A stretch of DNA of 64,000 nt from an uncultured candidatus Brocadiaceae bacterium (GCA_964421565.1 CAYQXJ010000006.1:154679-218678), one strand, 5' to 3'; positions 38,174 to 49,184 are shown, counted from the stretch's first letter. The notes: generated from the letters alone by a model not told the origin. Translations and numbers: made by a program.

Positions 38174-39331
38174 TCATGCCGCCCCCGCGAAGGTGTCGCG
38201 CGCAATGGCGATGAAGGCGTTCATCCTGCGCAGGTCCTCTTCGTAGCTCTCGTGGAGCCTTACGATGGCCTGTGCGCAGACGGAGACGAAGCGATCATGG
38301 GCAATTCGCGCGACTCTTTCCAGGAGAACGCGGTGCTCGGCCTCGGCGCGGGCGAGCACGAAGGCGTTCTTGAAGTGGATGAAGAAAGGCAGGTCGGCCG
38401 GTGCCAGTTCGTCCACGGCGCCCAGGTGGTTCCACCCGCTTATCTCGAGCACCTCCAGGTGCGGCAGGGCTGCGAGCAGTTCGCCCGCCACGGGCGCAAA
38501 GTTGCCGCAGGTGTGCCAGCCGGTGACAGGGCCTTCGTTACGTTGGATGCGGCGGTAGATGGGCGCGACGAAATCCCGAAACATGTCCGGCGTCAGGAAC
38601 GGAATGTTCACCCAGTCGTCGTCGATACGTCCGCTGTCCTCCGGTTCTGAGAGGCCCAGATAGCGCCGTCGTTCCTGTCGCCAGCGCGCCCGCCCGTCGG
38701 CCACGAGTTGCAGGAAACCGTGGGCGAAGTCCGGGCGCTCGTACATGTCTGCCACGAAGTTCTCGTACCCGCGGATCTGCATGCAGATGTCCAGAGGCCC
38801 GCGGTTGAAGTTGGGGAAACTGATCGTCACTTCGCCGCCGTAGCGCTTTCGGGCGGCATCGCACATGCCTTCGTACTGGCGGATCAGCCCGGGCATGGCG
38901 CCGGTCTCGTGGAAGTCGAAGGGCTCAACGAGCGAGAGGTCGGGCTCGTCGGCGAGGGGGTGGTGGCCGAAGTGAGGCACGCCGTTCACATCGTGCGTGA
39001 CCGGCAGGTCGAAGAGGGTCATGCCGTAATAGTGACCGGCCTCGCAGGGGACTTCGGGTCGGGGCAGGTCGTCGTCGAGCGAGTTGTCGAGCCAGAAGAT
39101 GCGTTGACGGATGGCCTGGTCGAGAGCGAACTCCGGGTCGCGGAAGAAGCGGTTCATGTCATAGCCGAACAGTTCCGGCCATGCGATATTCTCCATGTAG
39201 CTGGAGATGCGCACCCGGTCTGCGCCGTAGCGTTCATCGCGCTGGGCCAGCACGTTGCGCTTGCCCTCGATGCGACTCTTGAGCGCCGGCAGCAGTTCGT
39301 CCGCCGCTAACATCATCGCTTCTCGATTCAC
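38174..39331 (-). CDS. Uroporphyrinogen-decarboxylase (URO-D/MtaA)-superfamily-like protein, function unknown
   Basis: HTCGNFAPVAGELLAALPHLEVLEISGW matches the conserved H-x-CG ... (D/E)-I-S/E segment of the URO-D family. The length is 385 aa. Confidence 0.45.
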   Translation of the reverse strand: MNREAMMLAADELLPALKSRIEGKRNVLAQRDERYGADRVRISSYMENIAWPELFGYDMNRFFRDPEFALDQAIRQRIFWLDNSLDDDLPRPEVPCEAGHYYGMTLFDLPVTHDVNGVPHFGHHPLADEPDLSLVEPFDFHETGAMPGLIRQYEGMCDAARKRYGGEVTISFPNFNRGPLDICMQIRGYENFVADMYERPDFAHGFLQLVADGRARWRQERRRYLGLSEPEDSGRIDDDWVNIPFLTPDMFRDFVAPIYRRIQRNEGPVTGWHTCGNFAPVAGELLAALPHLEVLEISGWNHLGAVDELAPADLPFFIHFKNAFVLARAEAEHRVLLERVARIAHDRFVSVCAQAIVRLHESYEEDLRRMNAFIAIARDTFAGAA

Positions 39332-39458
39332 AGCTTATGCCCCTTGCTGGTGATTCGGAAGGTTCTGTTTCGATCGCCATCCCTCGGGCTGAGGGTCCAG
39401 TATAGGGGATCGCAGCAAAGAGGCCACGCGAGCTCAGCGCGGAGAACTGCGGGAGCGG

Positions 39459-41432
39459 TCAGTCCGTGGCCTGTAGTTCTCTGATGCGGTCGCGCAAGAC
39501 GGCGGCACGCTCGAAGTCGAGGCGTTCTGCGGCCTGTTTCATTTCCTTTTCCAACTCATCCATTCGGCTGGCGGCAAGATAATCTTCTTCGGTCTCGGCG
39601 GCAACTGGCGTCTCGACGCGTCGTTTCCACGCCTGCACCTCGTAGTCGATGCCTCGGCGGATATCCTTGCGGATGGTCTGCGGTTCGATGCCGTGCTTGC
39701 GGTTGTAGTCCATCTGCACTTCGCGGCGCCGCTGGGTCTCCTCGATCGCGTTTGCCATGCTTGCGGTGACCTGGTCGGCGTATAGGATGACTTCAGCGTT
39801 CACGTTCCGCGCGCAGCGGCCCATTGTCTGCACGAGGCTCGTCTCCGAGCGCAGGAAGCCTTCCCTGTCGGCATCGAGTATGGCCACCAGGCTCACCTCG
39901 GGTAGGTCAAGGCCCTCGCGCAACAGGTTTACGCCGACGATGGCGTCGTACTTGCCGCGACGCAAGTCGTTCAGGATTTCCACCCGCTCTATGGTATCGA
40001 CCTCGCTGTGCAGGTAACAGCAGCCCACGCCCTCATCGCGCAGGTATTCGGAGAGGTCCTCGGCGAGGCGCTTCGTCAGCGTGGTGACCAGGGTTCGCTC
40101 CCCCCGCTCAGCGTGCTTGCGTATCTCCAGAGTAACGTCCTGCACCTGTCCTCGGGCTGGTCGCACATCTACGCGCGGATCGACGAGGCCGGTTGGTCGG
40201 ATGATCTGTTCCACCACCGGACCTTCGCTCTGCTCGATCTCGTACCGGTCGGGGGTTGCGCTCACGAAGAGGCGGCGGTCGACCAGTTCCACCCACTCCT
40301 CGAACTTCAGCGGCCGGTTGTCCAGCGCGCTCGGCAGGCGGAAGCCGTAGTCGACCAGCGTCTGCTTGCGGGAACGGTCGCCGTGATACATGGCGCGTAT
40401 CTGCGGCACCGTCTGATGGCTCTCGTCCACGATGCAGAGGAACTCATCCGGAAAGTAGTCCAGCAGGCAGGCGGGGCGTTCGCCGGCACGTCGTCCGCTG
40501 ATGTGGCGGGAGTAGTTCTCGATGCCGGGGCAGAAGCCAACCGATTCCAGCAGTTCCATGTCGTAGCGAGTGCGAGCCTCGAGCCGCTGAGCCTCCAGCA
40601 GCTTGCCCTGCCCTCGCAGTTCCTCCAGGCGTTCCTCCAACTCCTCTCCGATCGCACCCACAATCCGCTGGATCCGGTTTTGGGGCGTGACGAAGTGGTT
40701 TGCGGGATAGATGTCAATCAGGTTGATCTCTTCCAGCTTCTCCCCGGACAACGGGTCGATGACGACGATGCGGTCCACGAAGTCGCCGAAGAAGTCAATC
40801 CGATAGGCGATTTCCTCGTAGGCGGGGTAGATCTCCACCAGGTCGCCGCGCGCCCGAAAGGTGCCGCGCCTCAGTTGGGCATCGCTGCGGCAGTACTGGA
40901 TGTCCACCAGTCCGCCGAGCAGGTCTTCACGTGCCAGCTCCTTGCCCGTCTCGACCGTTACGAACATGCTCTGGTAGTCTTCGGGCGTGCCGATGCCGTA
41001 GATGCAAGAGACGCTGGCGACGATGACGACGTCGTCGCGTTGCATCAGGCGCGTCGTGGCGGCCAGGCGCAGCCGGTCGATGTCCTGGTTGATGGAGGCA
41101 TCCTTCGCGATGTACAGGTCACGCGACGGAACATACGCCTCCGGCTGGTAGTAGTCGTAGTAGCTGACGAAGTAGCCCACCGCGTTGTGCGGGAAGAACT
41201 CCTTGAACTCGCTATAGAGCTGTGCGGCAAGGGTCTTGTTGTGGCTGATGACGAGGGTGGGCAGTCCCAGGTTCTCGATCAGGCGGGCCATGGTGAAAGT
41301 TTTGCCCGTGCCCGTCGCCCCGAGCAGCGTCTCGGCCCGACTGCCTGAGCGGAAGCGTTCGGTCAGCGCCTGGATGGCCGCTGGCTGGTCACCGGCGGGC
41401 TTGTAAGGTGCTGTGCATTCGAAGTGTGCCAT
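39459..41432 (-). CDS. uvrB: Excinuclease ABC subunit B
   Basis: The Walker A motif is GATGTGKT. Helicase motifs and the C-terminal UVR domain (DELEKEMKQAAERLDFERAAVLRDRIRELQ) are present. The length is 657 aa. Confidence 0.9.
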   Translation of the reverse strand: MAHFECTAPYKPAGDQPAAIQALTERFRSGSRAETLLGATGTGKTFTMARLIENLGLPTLVISHNKTLAAQLYSEFKEFFPHNAVGYFVSYYDYYQPEAYVPSRDLYIAKDASINQDIDRLRLAATTRLMQRDDVVIVASVSCIYGIGTPEDYQSMFVTVETGKELAREDLLGGLVDIQYCRSDAQLRRGTFRARGDLVEIYPAYEEIAYRIDFFGDFVDRIVVIDPLSGEKLEEINLIDIYPANHFVTPQNRIQRIVGAIGEELEERLEELRGQGKLLEAQRLEARTRYDMELLESVGFCPGIENYSRHISGRRAGERPACLLDYFPDEFLCIVDESHQTVPQIRAMYHGDRSRKQTLVDYGFRLPSALDNRPLKFEEWVELVDRRLFVSATPDRYEIEQSEGPVVEQIIRPTGLVDPRVDVRPARGQVQDVTLEIRKHAERGERTLVTTLTKRLAEDLSEYLRDEGVGCCYLHSEVDTIERVEILNDLRRGKYDAIVGVNLLREGLDLPEVSLVAILDADREGFLRSETSLVQTMGRCARNVNAEVILYADQVTASMANAIEETQRRREVQMDYNRKHGIEPQTIRKDIRRGIDYEVQAWKRRVETPVAAETEEDYLAASRMDELEKEMKQAAERLDFERAAVLRDRIRELQATD

Positions 41433-41502
41433 GGCGGTTCATTCTACGCTACGCGGACGGCGTTCCCCACGGTGGAGAGGGCCATGGCCGGGGCCCGGCC
41501 CT

Positions 41503-41880
41503 TCACGGCGGCGGAGCGCACATGGCATGCGGGCGGATGGATTCCATCGTCTTCGGGCCGATGCCCTTTACCTGTGTCAGTTCGTTGATGCTGCCAAACG
41601 GGCCGTGTTCCTCTCGGTGCCGGAGAATCGCTCGTGCGGTCACCGGACCCACCCCGGGCAGCATGGTCAGCTCGTACTCCGCGGCGGTATTGATGTTGAG
41701 ACGGACGGGCTGGACAACGGCCGAGCTCTGGACGCGCACGCCCTGGTTCTGCCAGAGAGAGCGGATGGCCGGACCCACGGCGGCGGCCACGAGGGCGAAG
41801 ACGACGACCACAGCCAGGACCATCAGTTCCCGGCGTCGCACGGAGAACCACTGGGTACCGTCTGGCCGAGGCTCGCTCAT
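41503..41880 (-). CDS. comEA: ComEA-like helix-hairpin-helix DNA-binding protein
   Basis: The N-terminal TM helix is followed by tandem HhH motifs (LTMLPGVGPVTARAIL and LTQVKGIGPKTMESI). Confidence 0.75.
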   Translation of the reverse strand: MSEPRPDGTQWFSVRRRELMVLAVVVVFALVAAAVGPAIRSLWQNQGVRVQSSAVVQPVRLNINTAAEYELTMLPGVGPVTARAILRHREEHGPFGSINELTQVKGIGPKTMESIRPHAMCAPPP

Positions 41881-43142
41881 CGGTGCGTTGCCACCTCTAT
41901 GGCCCGGCGAAGGTCGGGGCGAAGCGTCTCGCGAACCTGTTCCTCGATGACGGGGCGGAAACCACCGGACGCTTCGCGCTCGTAGTAGCCCAGAATCACC
42001 ACTCCGGGGTGGTGGTCGCAGACAACGATCGGCATGTCGTCGGCGAGCTTCCGCACCAGGCCGTAGCTGATCCCATGGCCCTCCTGGTCGTGTGGGCAGC
42101 GGAACAGGCGCGCCACGCGATCGGTGTCCTCCGAAGTGAGTACCTCGCCGGTTGGGCGAGTGATCTGCCAGCGATAGCGACGCTCGCGCAGCACGACATT
42201 GCGCAGGCTGTCAATCTTTTTGAAGTCTGTGGGGTCTGTGTATATCACGCGGGCCAGCAGCAGGATCGCCTCGATGTTGTCACGACAGCGGAACTTCTCG
42301 CTCGGCTCCAGCTCCATCACGTAGCGAGCCCACTCTCGCTCGAAGGCCGCCAGGTCGTCGCCGAAAGCCGCGACGAAGGCCTCAGGCTCTTTCCTGCCGT
42401 TGGCCAGGTCCCGCACGTATGCATTGAGCATGTGCGAGTAACGGCCGATCTCAGCATGGGCCAGAAAGTGGATGATGGACCAGGACTGCGAGTAGTAGAG
42501 GCTCGCGCGACGCCGCTCCATCTGCATGGTCTGCAGCCACTGGTCGCTGTCCATGCTGAACAGCCTGTCCAGGGGGATGTAGGTGCCCTCGCGGATCGCC
42601 TCGCGCACGGTGTGAACGCGCATGGTTGGCACGAGCCCCACCTGGAACTTGCGGCCGTTCCAGGTCGCCTCCGCGAAGTACTCTGCCACCCCTTCGTTGA
42701 GCCATGCGGGCGGGTCGCGGCTGATGGCCTCCCACATGAACTGATGGAAGCCCTCGTGGTAGAGCGTGCGGAGAACTTCCTCGGTGGTGCGCTCTCCGGC
42801 GTGGGCGGCCAACAGACGCTTGTGTGCGATGAAGACTCCCGTGGAGCCCCGCACGCTCTCCGGCACGGCGCGGTCATAGCTCTCGCGAGAAGCGTAGACC
42901 ACTACGTCAAACTTGCGGCGCATCTCGCCCAAACCGCTGAACCGTCGGGTGTACTCCTCGAATATCTCCTCCATATGTCTGGCGACCAGGTGTGCGTAGT
43001 CGGCGCTGATGTCCGTGGAGATGGTATAGTGCTCGGTCTCGTACTCATGCCCGAGGTTCGTACGTCCCTGCGTCGGCCAGGCAGTAAGAACCGCCAGGGC
43101 GGTGAAGAGTGCGAGCATCCGGCGGCTTTGGTGGCGGTCCAT
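41877..43142 (-). CDS. DUF1570-family putative secreted zincin-like metalloprotein
   Basis: The Tat-like N-terminus is QSRRMLALFTALAVLTAWPTQG. YHEGFHQF is an HExxH-like motif. DUF1570 is a family abundant in Planctomycetes-like genomes. I chose the ATG at 43142 because the longer ORF N-terminus lacks signal features. Confidence 0.6.
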   Translation of the reverse strand: MDRHQSRRMLALFTALAVLTAWPTQGRTNLGHEYETEHYTISTDISADYAHLVARHMEEIFEEYTRRFSGLGEMRRKFDVVVYASRESYDRAVPESVRGSTGVFIAHKRLLAAHAGERTTEEVLRTLYHEGFHQFMWEAISRDPPAWLNEGVAEYFAEATWNGRKFQVGLVPTMRVHTVREAIREGTYIPLDRLFSMDSDQWLQTMQMERRRASLYYSQSWSIIHFLAHAEIGRYSHMLNAYVRDLANGRKEPEAFVAAFGDDLAAFEREWARYVMELEPSEKFRCRDNIEAILLLARVIYTDPTDFKKIDSLRNVVLRERRYRWQITRPTGEVLTSEDTDRVARLFRCPHDQEGHGISYGLVRKLADDMPIVVCDHHPGVVILGYYEREASGGFRPVIEEQVRETLRPDLRRAIEVATHR

Positions 43143-43322
43143 GGGGTCTTGGTACGCTGAGTTAGTCTCTACGCGCAAGCGCTGATCCTATAGGCCATTC
43201 TACTGACCGTTGAGGAGCGGTTCAAAGCTGCCCCACGCTTTACCGGCACGGGGGTGGTTGGTAGCATTGCACGGCTTGGCATGCTGTAGCCATACCTCCG
43301 GAGGCCATGTAAGGAGCAATTC

Positions 43323-44651
43323 ATGCCCAAGATCAGCATTATCGGTGCTGGCGGCTTCGTGTTTCCTTTGACGCTCGTGCGCGACATTTGCGCCTTCCCG
43401 GCGCTTCAGGACAGCACAATCAGCATGATGGACATCGATGCCGCCCGGCTTGAGCGCAACGCGGACGGTGCCCGCCGCCTGGTGGAGATGTTCGGCCTGC
43501 CGGCCCGTATCGAGCGGACTACTGACCGGCGCCGGTCTCTGGACGGGGCGGACTTCGTGGTGATCACCTTCCAGGTGGGCGGGCTGGAGGCATACCGCCA
43601 TGACGTGCAGATACCGCGCGAATACGGTGTAGACCAGCCCGTCGGCGATACGATGAATCCGGGCGGTATCTTCCGGGGATTGCGCACTGTCGAGGTGCTG
43701 AAGGGGCTGTGCGCAGACATGCGCGAGCTCTGTCCGCGCGCGCTAATGCTCAACTACGCCAACCCGATGGCGATCAACACATGGGCTGCATTCGAGCTCG
43801 GAGTGAACGTCGTGGGGCTCTGCCACAGTGTGCAGGGCACATCGCGCTTGCTCGCCACCGAACTTGGGGTGCCGATCGAAGAGTGCAACTACCGTGCGGC
43901 AGGCATCAACCATCAGGCATGGTTCATCCAGTTCGAACGCCGCGGCGAGGACCTGATCCCCCGCATCCGCGAAACGATCGTCAGCAGGCACGTGAGTGGT
44001 GAGGCGGAGGGTGAAGGCAGTGATGACCTCTACGCCGGTGGCAACGAGTCCGTGCGAGGGGAGCTGACCCGCCTGACCGGCTACTTCCACAGTGAATCGA
44101 GCCACCACGGGTCCGAATACGTCCAGTGGTTTCGCAAGGACCCCGAAACCGTGCAGCAGTACCTGCCCCGGCGCTGGGACTACTACGATATCTGCCGTAA
44201 TCACGACGAGCAGAACTACGTTGAGCGGTTCCTCAGCGATGCGCAGGAGCGAGAACTGCACGCCGGCCACGAGTACGGGGCTTACATCGTGGAGAGCATG
44301 ACGTCGAACGAACCGCGGGTCATTCATGGTTCGGTGCGCAACGACGGTCTGATCACGAACCTGCCGACAGGATGCGCTGTGGAAGTGCCGTGCCTGGTGG
44401 ACGGCAACGGGCTGCAGCCGACGCACGTGGGGGAGATTCCGCCCGCCTGTGCCGCAATCAATCGCAACTGCGTGAGTGCGCAAGAACTGGCGGTGCAGGC
44501 CGCCTTGAGCTCAGAGCGCGAGCTCGTCTATGCTGCCGTGGCGATGGACCCGCTGACCGGCGCCATCTGCACTCTGCCCCAGATTCGGGAGATGGTGGAT
44601 CGCCTGTTCGCTGCAGAGCGACGTTGGCTGCCGTCCTTCTTCGGAGACTGA
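43323..44651 (+). CDS. Glycoside hydrolase family 4 protein, paralog of 9262..10569
   Basis: MPKISIIGAGG is a Rossmann N-terminus. GLCHSVQG and NYANP are further GH4 motifs. The protein is about 45% identical by eye to the other GH4. An AAGGAG Shine-Dalgarno sequence lies 7 nt upstream. Confidence 0.8.
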   Translation: MPKISIIGAGGFVFPLTLVRDICAFPALQDSTISMMDIDAARLERNADGARRLVEMFGLPARIERTTDRRRSLDGADFVVITFQVGGLEAYRHDVQIPREYGVDQPVGDTMNPGGIFRGLRTVEVLKGLCADMRELCPRALMLNYANPMAINTWAAFELGVNVVGLCHSVQGTSRLLATELGVPIEECNYRAAGINHQAWFIQFERRGEDLIPRIRETIVSRHVSGEAEGEGSDDLYAGGNESVRGELTRLTGYFHSESSHHGSEYVQWFRKDPETVQQYLPRRWDYYDICRNHDEQNYVERFLSDAQERELHAGHEYGAYIVESMTSNEPRVIHGSVRNDGLITNLPTGCAVEVPCLVDGNGLQPTHVGEIPPACAAINRNCVSAQELAVQAALSSERELVYAAVAMDPLTGAICTLPQIREMVDRLFAAERRWLPSFFGD

Positions 44652-44681
44652 CAGTGCTGCCCGTGGGGCGCGCGGTGGGGT

Positions 44682-47600
44682 TCAGCGCACGCGGGTCTTG
44701 CTGCGCTTGTGGTCGTACATCCTGCTGTCCGCCTCGGCCATCAGCTTCTCCAGGGGCACGGGGTTGTCCGGCGGGCAGGTGACCACGCCGCGGCTGAGGG
44801 AGAGCCTGTAGTCGCGGCCGGCTGCCTCGTTGTGCTGCTCGAGGGCGCGCGAGAGCCGCTCCAGTATCTCGGCGGCTTCGTCCTGGTCGGCCTCCAGCGC
44901 AAGCACCGCGAACTCATCGCCTCCGATGCGGCCGAGAATGTCCGATTCACGGAAGGTGGATCGCAGGACCTCGGCCGTGCCGATCAGGGCGCGGTCGCCC
45001 TCCTTGTGGCCGAATGTGTCGTTTATCCACTTCATGTCGTCCACGTCAACGAAGATGATGAGGGCTTCGTTCGCTGTTCGGCGGGCGACCTTGAGTTGCT
45101 GGTTCGCCAGGTGGAAGAACCCGCGCCGGTTGTTCAGCCCCGTCAGGGAATCGACCAGGGACAGGTTGATCAGTTGCTCGCGCAGGGCGACGTGATCCGT
45201 GATATCCCGTGCGATGGCCGAGATGCCCGTTACGCGCCCGTTCTCGCCCTTGATCGGCGACATGGTAAGGGAGACGTTGATCCTGGCGCCGCCCCGCGTC
45301 ACGTTAACGAACTCGTGTTGTTGCAGGCGCTTGCCGCTGGCCACGTCTTCGATGATCTGGCAGAGCTCGGCCCGTCTCTCCAAGGGTGCCAGCACGCTCA
45401 TGTGGGTGCCCTGCACCTCGTCGGAGCAGTAACCGTAGACGCGCTCGGCGCCAGGGTTCCAACGCACGATGCGCCCCTCCACGGTGGCGTCAATGATGGC
45501 GTCGTCGGTCGACTCTACCACGGCGCCCCACTGAGCGCGGTTCTCTTCGAGGCTTCTGCGCTCGGTGATGTCGAGAGCAACGTCGACAGCGCCTTGCACT
45601 TCGCCGTCGGGACCGTGGACGGGATAGCCGCGCACTGCCCAGATTCTGCCGTCGTCGGACATCATCTCGGTTTGTTGGGGCTCGCCGGTCTCCATGGCGC
45701 GCACCACGGGGCAGTCGGCGCAGGGCTGCTCGCTGTTGTGCCACACCCCATGGCAGGGGCGTCCTATGATTTCCTCCAGCGCCACGCCAGCCTGTTGTGC
45801 GGCGGCCCTGTTCGCCCACTGAACTTTGAGGTCAGCGTCGCAGTAGATGACGATCTCTTCCATGGCGTCCAGAACGGCATCCTTTTCATGCTCGATGCGG
45901 CTTATCTCCTCCTGGGCCTTTCTCTGCGAGGTGAGGTCGCGAACGACAACGAGGATGCTTGTTACACGCTCCCCCTCGACGATGGGTATCCTGCGACTTT
46001 CGAACGTCACCGTCTGTCCCTGAACTGTCACAGTGACGACGTCCTTCTGCGGCTTGCCGGTGCTGAACATGCGCTTAAGGCCGCTCTCGCGCTCTTCCGG
46101 CAAAAAGGGGAAGGCTTCACGGAAGGGGGTGCCGACCAATCTGTGCTTAACGCCCAACTGTTGGCACCACTGGCGCAGTGCCCGGTTGGCGATTCGTATG
46201 CGCAGGTTGCGGTCGAGCACGAGGACGGCGTCGCTCAAGGCGTCGAGCGTTCTGCGGTAGCGTTCCTTCGACTTGCGCAGAGCGCGTTCGGCTCGCTGCT
46301 GGTCGGTGATGTCGCGGTCCACGCAGTACAGGTGGTATGTATTGCCCACGCGCACACTGGTTGCCGACCACGCGTAGGTGTTCTCGCGTCCATCCGGGCG
46401 CCTCCACGATGCCGTGCCCGTGCAGGGCAGGCCCTGTTTGAGATGTTCCCGTGTGCGCTGGCGCTCCTGGGGTCCGGCGTCGAACGAGATCAGTTCGTTC
46501 AGGTCCTCGGCTTGCTCTAACTCGCTGCGGCTGTAGCCGGACATCTCGACGAAGCGGTCGTTGCAGAAGATCAGTCTGCGGGCGTTGGTTTCCGGATCCC
46601 ATCGGCAGATGCCAATGCCGTCGAGTGCGGTCTCCGCGAGCAACCGGAACCGCTGTTCGCTGCGTCGCAGTCGCTTCTCGGCCCGGCGCTGTTCGGTGAT
46701 GTCGGTTATGAAGCCTTCCAGCGCCACCAGGTCGCCCCTGTCGTTGCGGACCCCGCGTCCTTGCTCCCACACCCAGCGCGGTTCGCCGTTTGCCCGCGTG
46801 ATGCGGTACGTCATGCGGAACGGGCGGTCGTCCTGCAGCGCCATCTCGACCTCGCGCCAGACGGACTCCCGGTCCTCCGGCACGATCAGTTCGCCATAGG
46901 CGACCTCGCGGTTGTCCACGATCTGGCGGGGCCGGTAGCCGGTAATCTCCAGGCATCCCTCGCTCATGAACTCCATGGTCCAGTGGCGATCTGTGCGGCA
47001 ACGGTAGGCGGCGCCGGGCAGGTTGCTCAGCAGCGTGGAGAGGGCGCGTTCCCTTTCCCTGAGTTGGCGCTCGGCCTGCTTGCGGGCTGTAACATCGCGT
47101 GCGATGACGGAGACGCCGATGATTCCGCCGTCTGCCCCGCGCAACGGCGTCATGGACATGGAGACCTCGATCGGGACCCGGTCACGCGAAAGGTGCACCG
47201 TCTCCTGCTGGCGCACCAGTTCTCCACTCGCCACGCTCAGAACAAGCTCCTTGAGCGAGTTCTGTTCGGCAGGCGGGCAGAGGCACCAGAAAGGCTGCCC
47301 CTGCATCTGGCCTGGGGTATAGCCATAGATGCGTTCCGCTCCGGCATTCCAACTCACGATGTGGCCTTCGGCCGTTAGCCCCACCACGGCGTCGTCGGAG
47401 GCCATGCTGAGCGAGGCCCACTGGCTGAGCATCTGCTCGGCGCGGCGCTGGTCCTCCGTCCAGCGGCCGACGGCCAGCAGCGCCACCGCATCCTCGCGAC
47501 CATTGCAGATGGGCACCTTCGTCCAGCGTTGCAGCCGATGGCGGTCCGTAGCGGGGTCGTAGCGCGTCATCTCCGTCACTACAGGCTCACCGCCCTTGAG

Positions 47601-48512
47601 CACCTGCTCGTCTTCCCTGCGGAACAGTTGGGCATGCTGCGGGTCGAACACGTCCAGGTCGGTCTTGCCCACGAGCTGTTGGGGTTCGAGGCAAAGGTCC
47701 TTCGCAAAGCGCTCGTTGGCGAACGTGAAGCGCAGGTCCCTGTTTTTCAAGAACACCCGGTCGCCGATGTGGCGCAGCACGGACCTGAGCTCAGCTTCTG
47801 TGCTGCCGAGGGCCTCCTCGGCTTGCCTGTGTTCGGTAATGTCCGTCACCATGCCCAGCAGACCCGCCACCTCGCCTTCTTCGTCGATGACGGGTGTCTT
47901 GACCACTTCCAGCACACGTTCGCCGCGCGGCGTGCGCAGCACGCTCAGGAAGGTGAGGGATTCTTGCGTGCCCAGCACGCGCTGATCTTCCGCCAGATAG
48001 CGCTCTGCCAGTTCCGCGCCGAACAGATCTGCATCCGTCTGCTCCGATATCTGTTCGGCTGTTGTGTCGAGCAGCTCTGCGAAGGCCTGGTTGGCGGTGA
48101 CGTAGACGGATTTCTGATCTTTAAAGAATATGCCACGAGAGACGTTCTCCAGCAGCAGGCGGTTCTTGCGTTCGGTCTCTTCAAGGGCGGCTCGCGAGGC
48201 GTTCTGCAGCAACGAATGGGCAAGAAATGCCCAGAAGACGGGGATCAGGACCTGGGTGGTGTCCGTGAACGTATCGACATTGGCCCAGTTGCCCAGCCAC
48301 TGGAGAGCGTCCCCTCCCGCCTTCAGCCCCATCAGGGCAAGCACGGTGGCGAGTAGGAGGCGCGTGTCCGTGGGGAACCCGCGTCGCCTGCCCAACAGGA
48401 CTATTGCCAGGGCGACAAGGGCCGCCGTCAGCGCAAGAGCGCATGTGGTGCCGACCAGCCACCTCATGGGTGAGCCCCCCTCCGCGGCTGGCCCCCAAAC
48501 GTCCGCCAGCAC
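44682..48512 (-). CDS. Multi-PAS sensory diguanylate cyclase (membrane-anchored, C-terminal GGDEF domain)
   Basis: There are two N-terminal TM helices and at least 6 PAS/PAC-like segments. The C-terminal GGDEF domain carries SLTGLNNRRGF...RIGGDEFAVL (the GGDEF signature). The length is 1276 aa. Confidence 0.8.
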   Translation of the reverse strand: MLADVWGPAAEGGSPMRWLVGTTCALALTAALVALAIVLLGRRRGFPTDTRLLLATVLALMGLKAGGDALQWLGNWANVDTFTDTTQVLIPVFWAFLAHSLLQNASRAALEETERKNRLLLENVSRGIFFKDQKSVYVTANQAFAELLDTTAEQISEQTDADLFGAELAERYLAEDQRVLGTQESLTFLSVLRTPRGERVLEVVKTPVIDEEGEVAGLLGMVTDITEHRQAEEALGSTEAELRSVLRHIGDRVFLKNRDLRFTFANERFAKDLCLEPQQLVGKTDLDVFDPQHAQLFRREDEQVLKGGEPVVTEMTRYDPATDRHRLQRWTKVPICNGREDAVALLAVGRWTEDQRRAEQMLSQWASLSMASDDAVVGLTAEGHIVSWNAGAERIYGYTPGQMQGQPFWCLCPPAEQNSLKELVLSVASGELVRQQETVHLSRDRVPIEVSMSMTPLRGADGGIIGVSVIARDVTARKQAERQLRERERALSTLLSNLPGAAYRCRTDRHWTMEFMSEGCLEITGYRPRQIVDNREVAYGELIVPEDRESVWREVEMALQDDRPFRMTYRITRANGEPRWVWEQGRGVRNDRGDLVALEGFITDITEQRRAEKRLRRSEQRFRLLAETALDGIGICRWDPETNARRLIFCNDRFVEMSGYSRSELEQAEDLNELISFDAGPQERQRTREHLKQGLPCTGTASWRRPDGRENTYAWSATSVRVGNTYHLYCVDRDITDQQRAERALRKSKERYRRTLDALSDAVLVLDRNLRIRIANRALRQWCQQLGVKHRLVGTPFREAFPFLPEERESGLKRMFSTGKPQKDVVTVTVQGQTVTFESRRIPIVEGERVTSILVVVRDLTSQRKAQEEISRIEHEKDAVLDAMEEIVIYCDADLKVQWANRAAAQQAGVALEEIIGRPCHGVWHNSEQPCADCPVVRAMETGEPQQTEMMSDDGRIWAVRGYPVHGPDGEVQGAVDVALDITERRSLEENRAQWGAVVESTDDAIIDATVEGRIVRWNPGAERVYGYCSDEVQGTHMSVLAPLERRAELCQIIEDVASGKRLQQHEFVNVTRGGARINVSLTMSPIKGENGRVTGISAIARDITDHVALREQLINLSLVDSLTGLNNRRGFFHLANQQLKVARRTANEALIIFVDVDDMKWINDTFGHKEGDRALIGTAEVLRSTFRESDILGRIGGDEFAVLALEADQDEAAEILERLSRALEQHNEAAGRDYRLSLSRGVVTCPPDNPVPLEKLMAEADSRMYDHKRSKTRVR

Positions 48513-49184
48513 CAGCAGGCCAGCAACACGGTGGCCCCCAGGTAGCAGGCGTGCTCCAGAAGGTTCAGCACGTCGGCAACCATTACCGCCTCGAGATTGG
48601 TCGCCAGCCAGCTTAGGACGAGCAGCGAGTACGCCATCAGAAAAAGGCGCAGTCCTGCCACCCGGCGGAGCCTATGACGGCTGAGGGCCAGAAAAACGCC
48701 CGTGCCGACGCCCAACAGCAAGGTTAGCATCTCGTTCTGCGACAGCATGGCAAACCGCTAAGATTGCACGATCTTCTTGAATGACAACGCTTTAGTGCGA
48801 CCGGAGGGTGCACGGCGCGCCTCCGGTGCCAGCGTCACCCAAGGGGGTTGCAAGCCGCGTGCCCGCATTGACGGCGCGGCAGTCGCCGGCGAGGAATGCC
48901 CCACGCGCTCCTGCAGAACTATGGGCGCTGCTATGGCGTGGGCAGTGCCCAAAAACCGGGCTGTCCAGGCCGCTGGCAAGCGGCAGCTCCTTACGCTTTT
49001 GCCGTGGCGCAATGCCCGGCCTGCAGCCGCCTCGGCGTCAAGGAAGGCCGTCATGGGGTGAAAAAAGAGCAACAGTCAGCATTCAGATTGCGCCTTGAAA
49101 CCTGTTTGGGATTTGCTATGCTAATCAGAACTGGGAGGATGTACACCATGTCGTTAGCGATTCCGAGCGAGGGGGGAAGTATTG

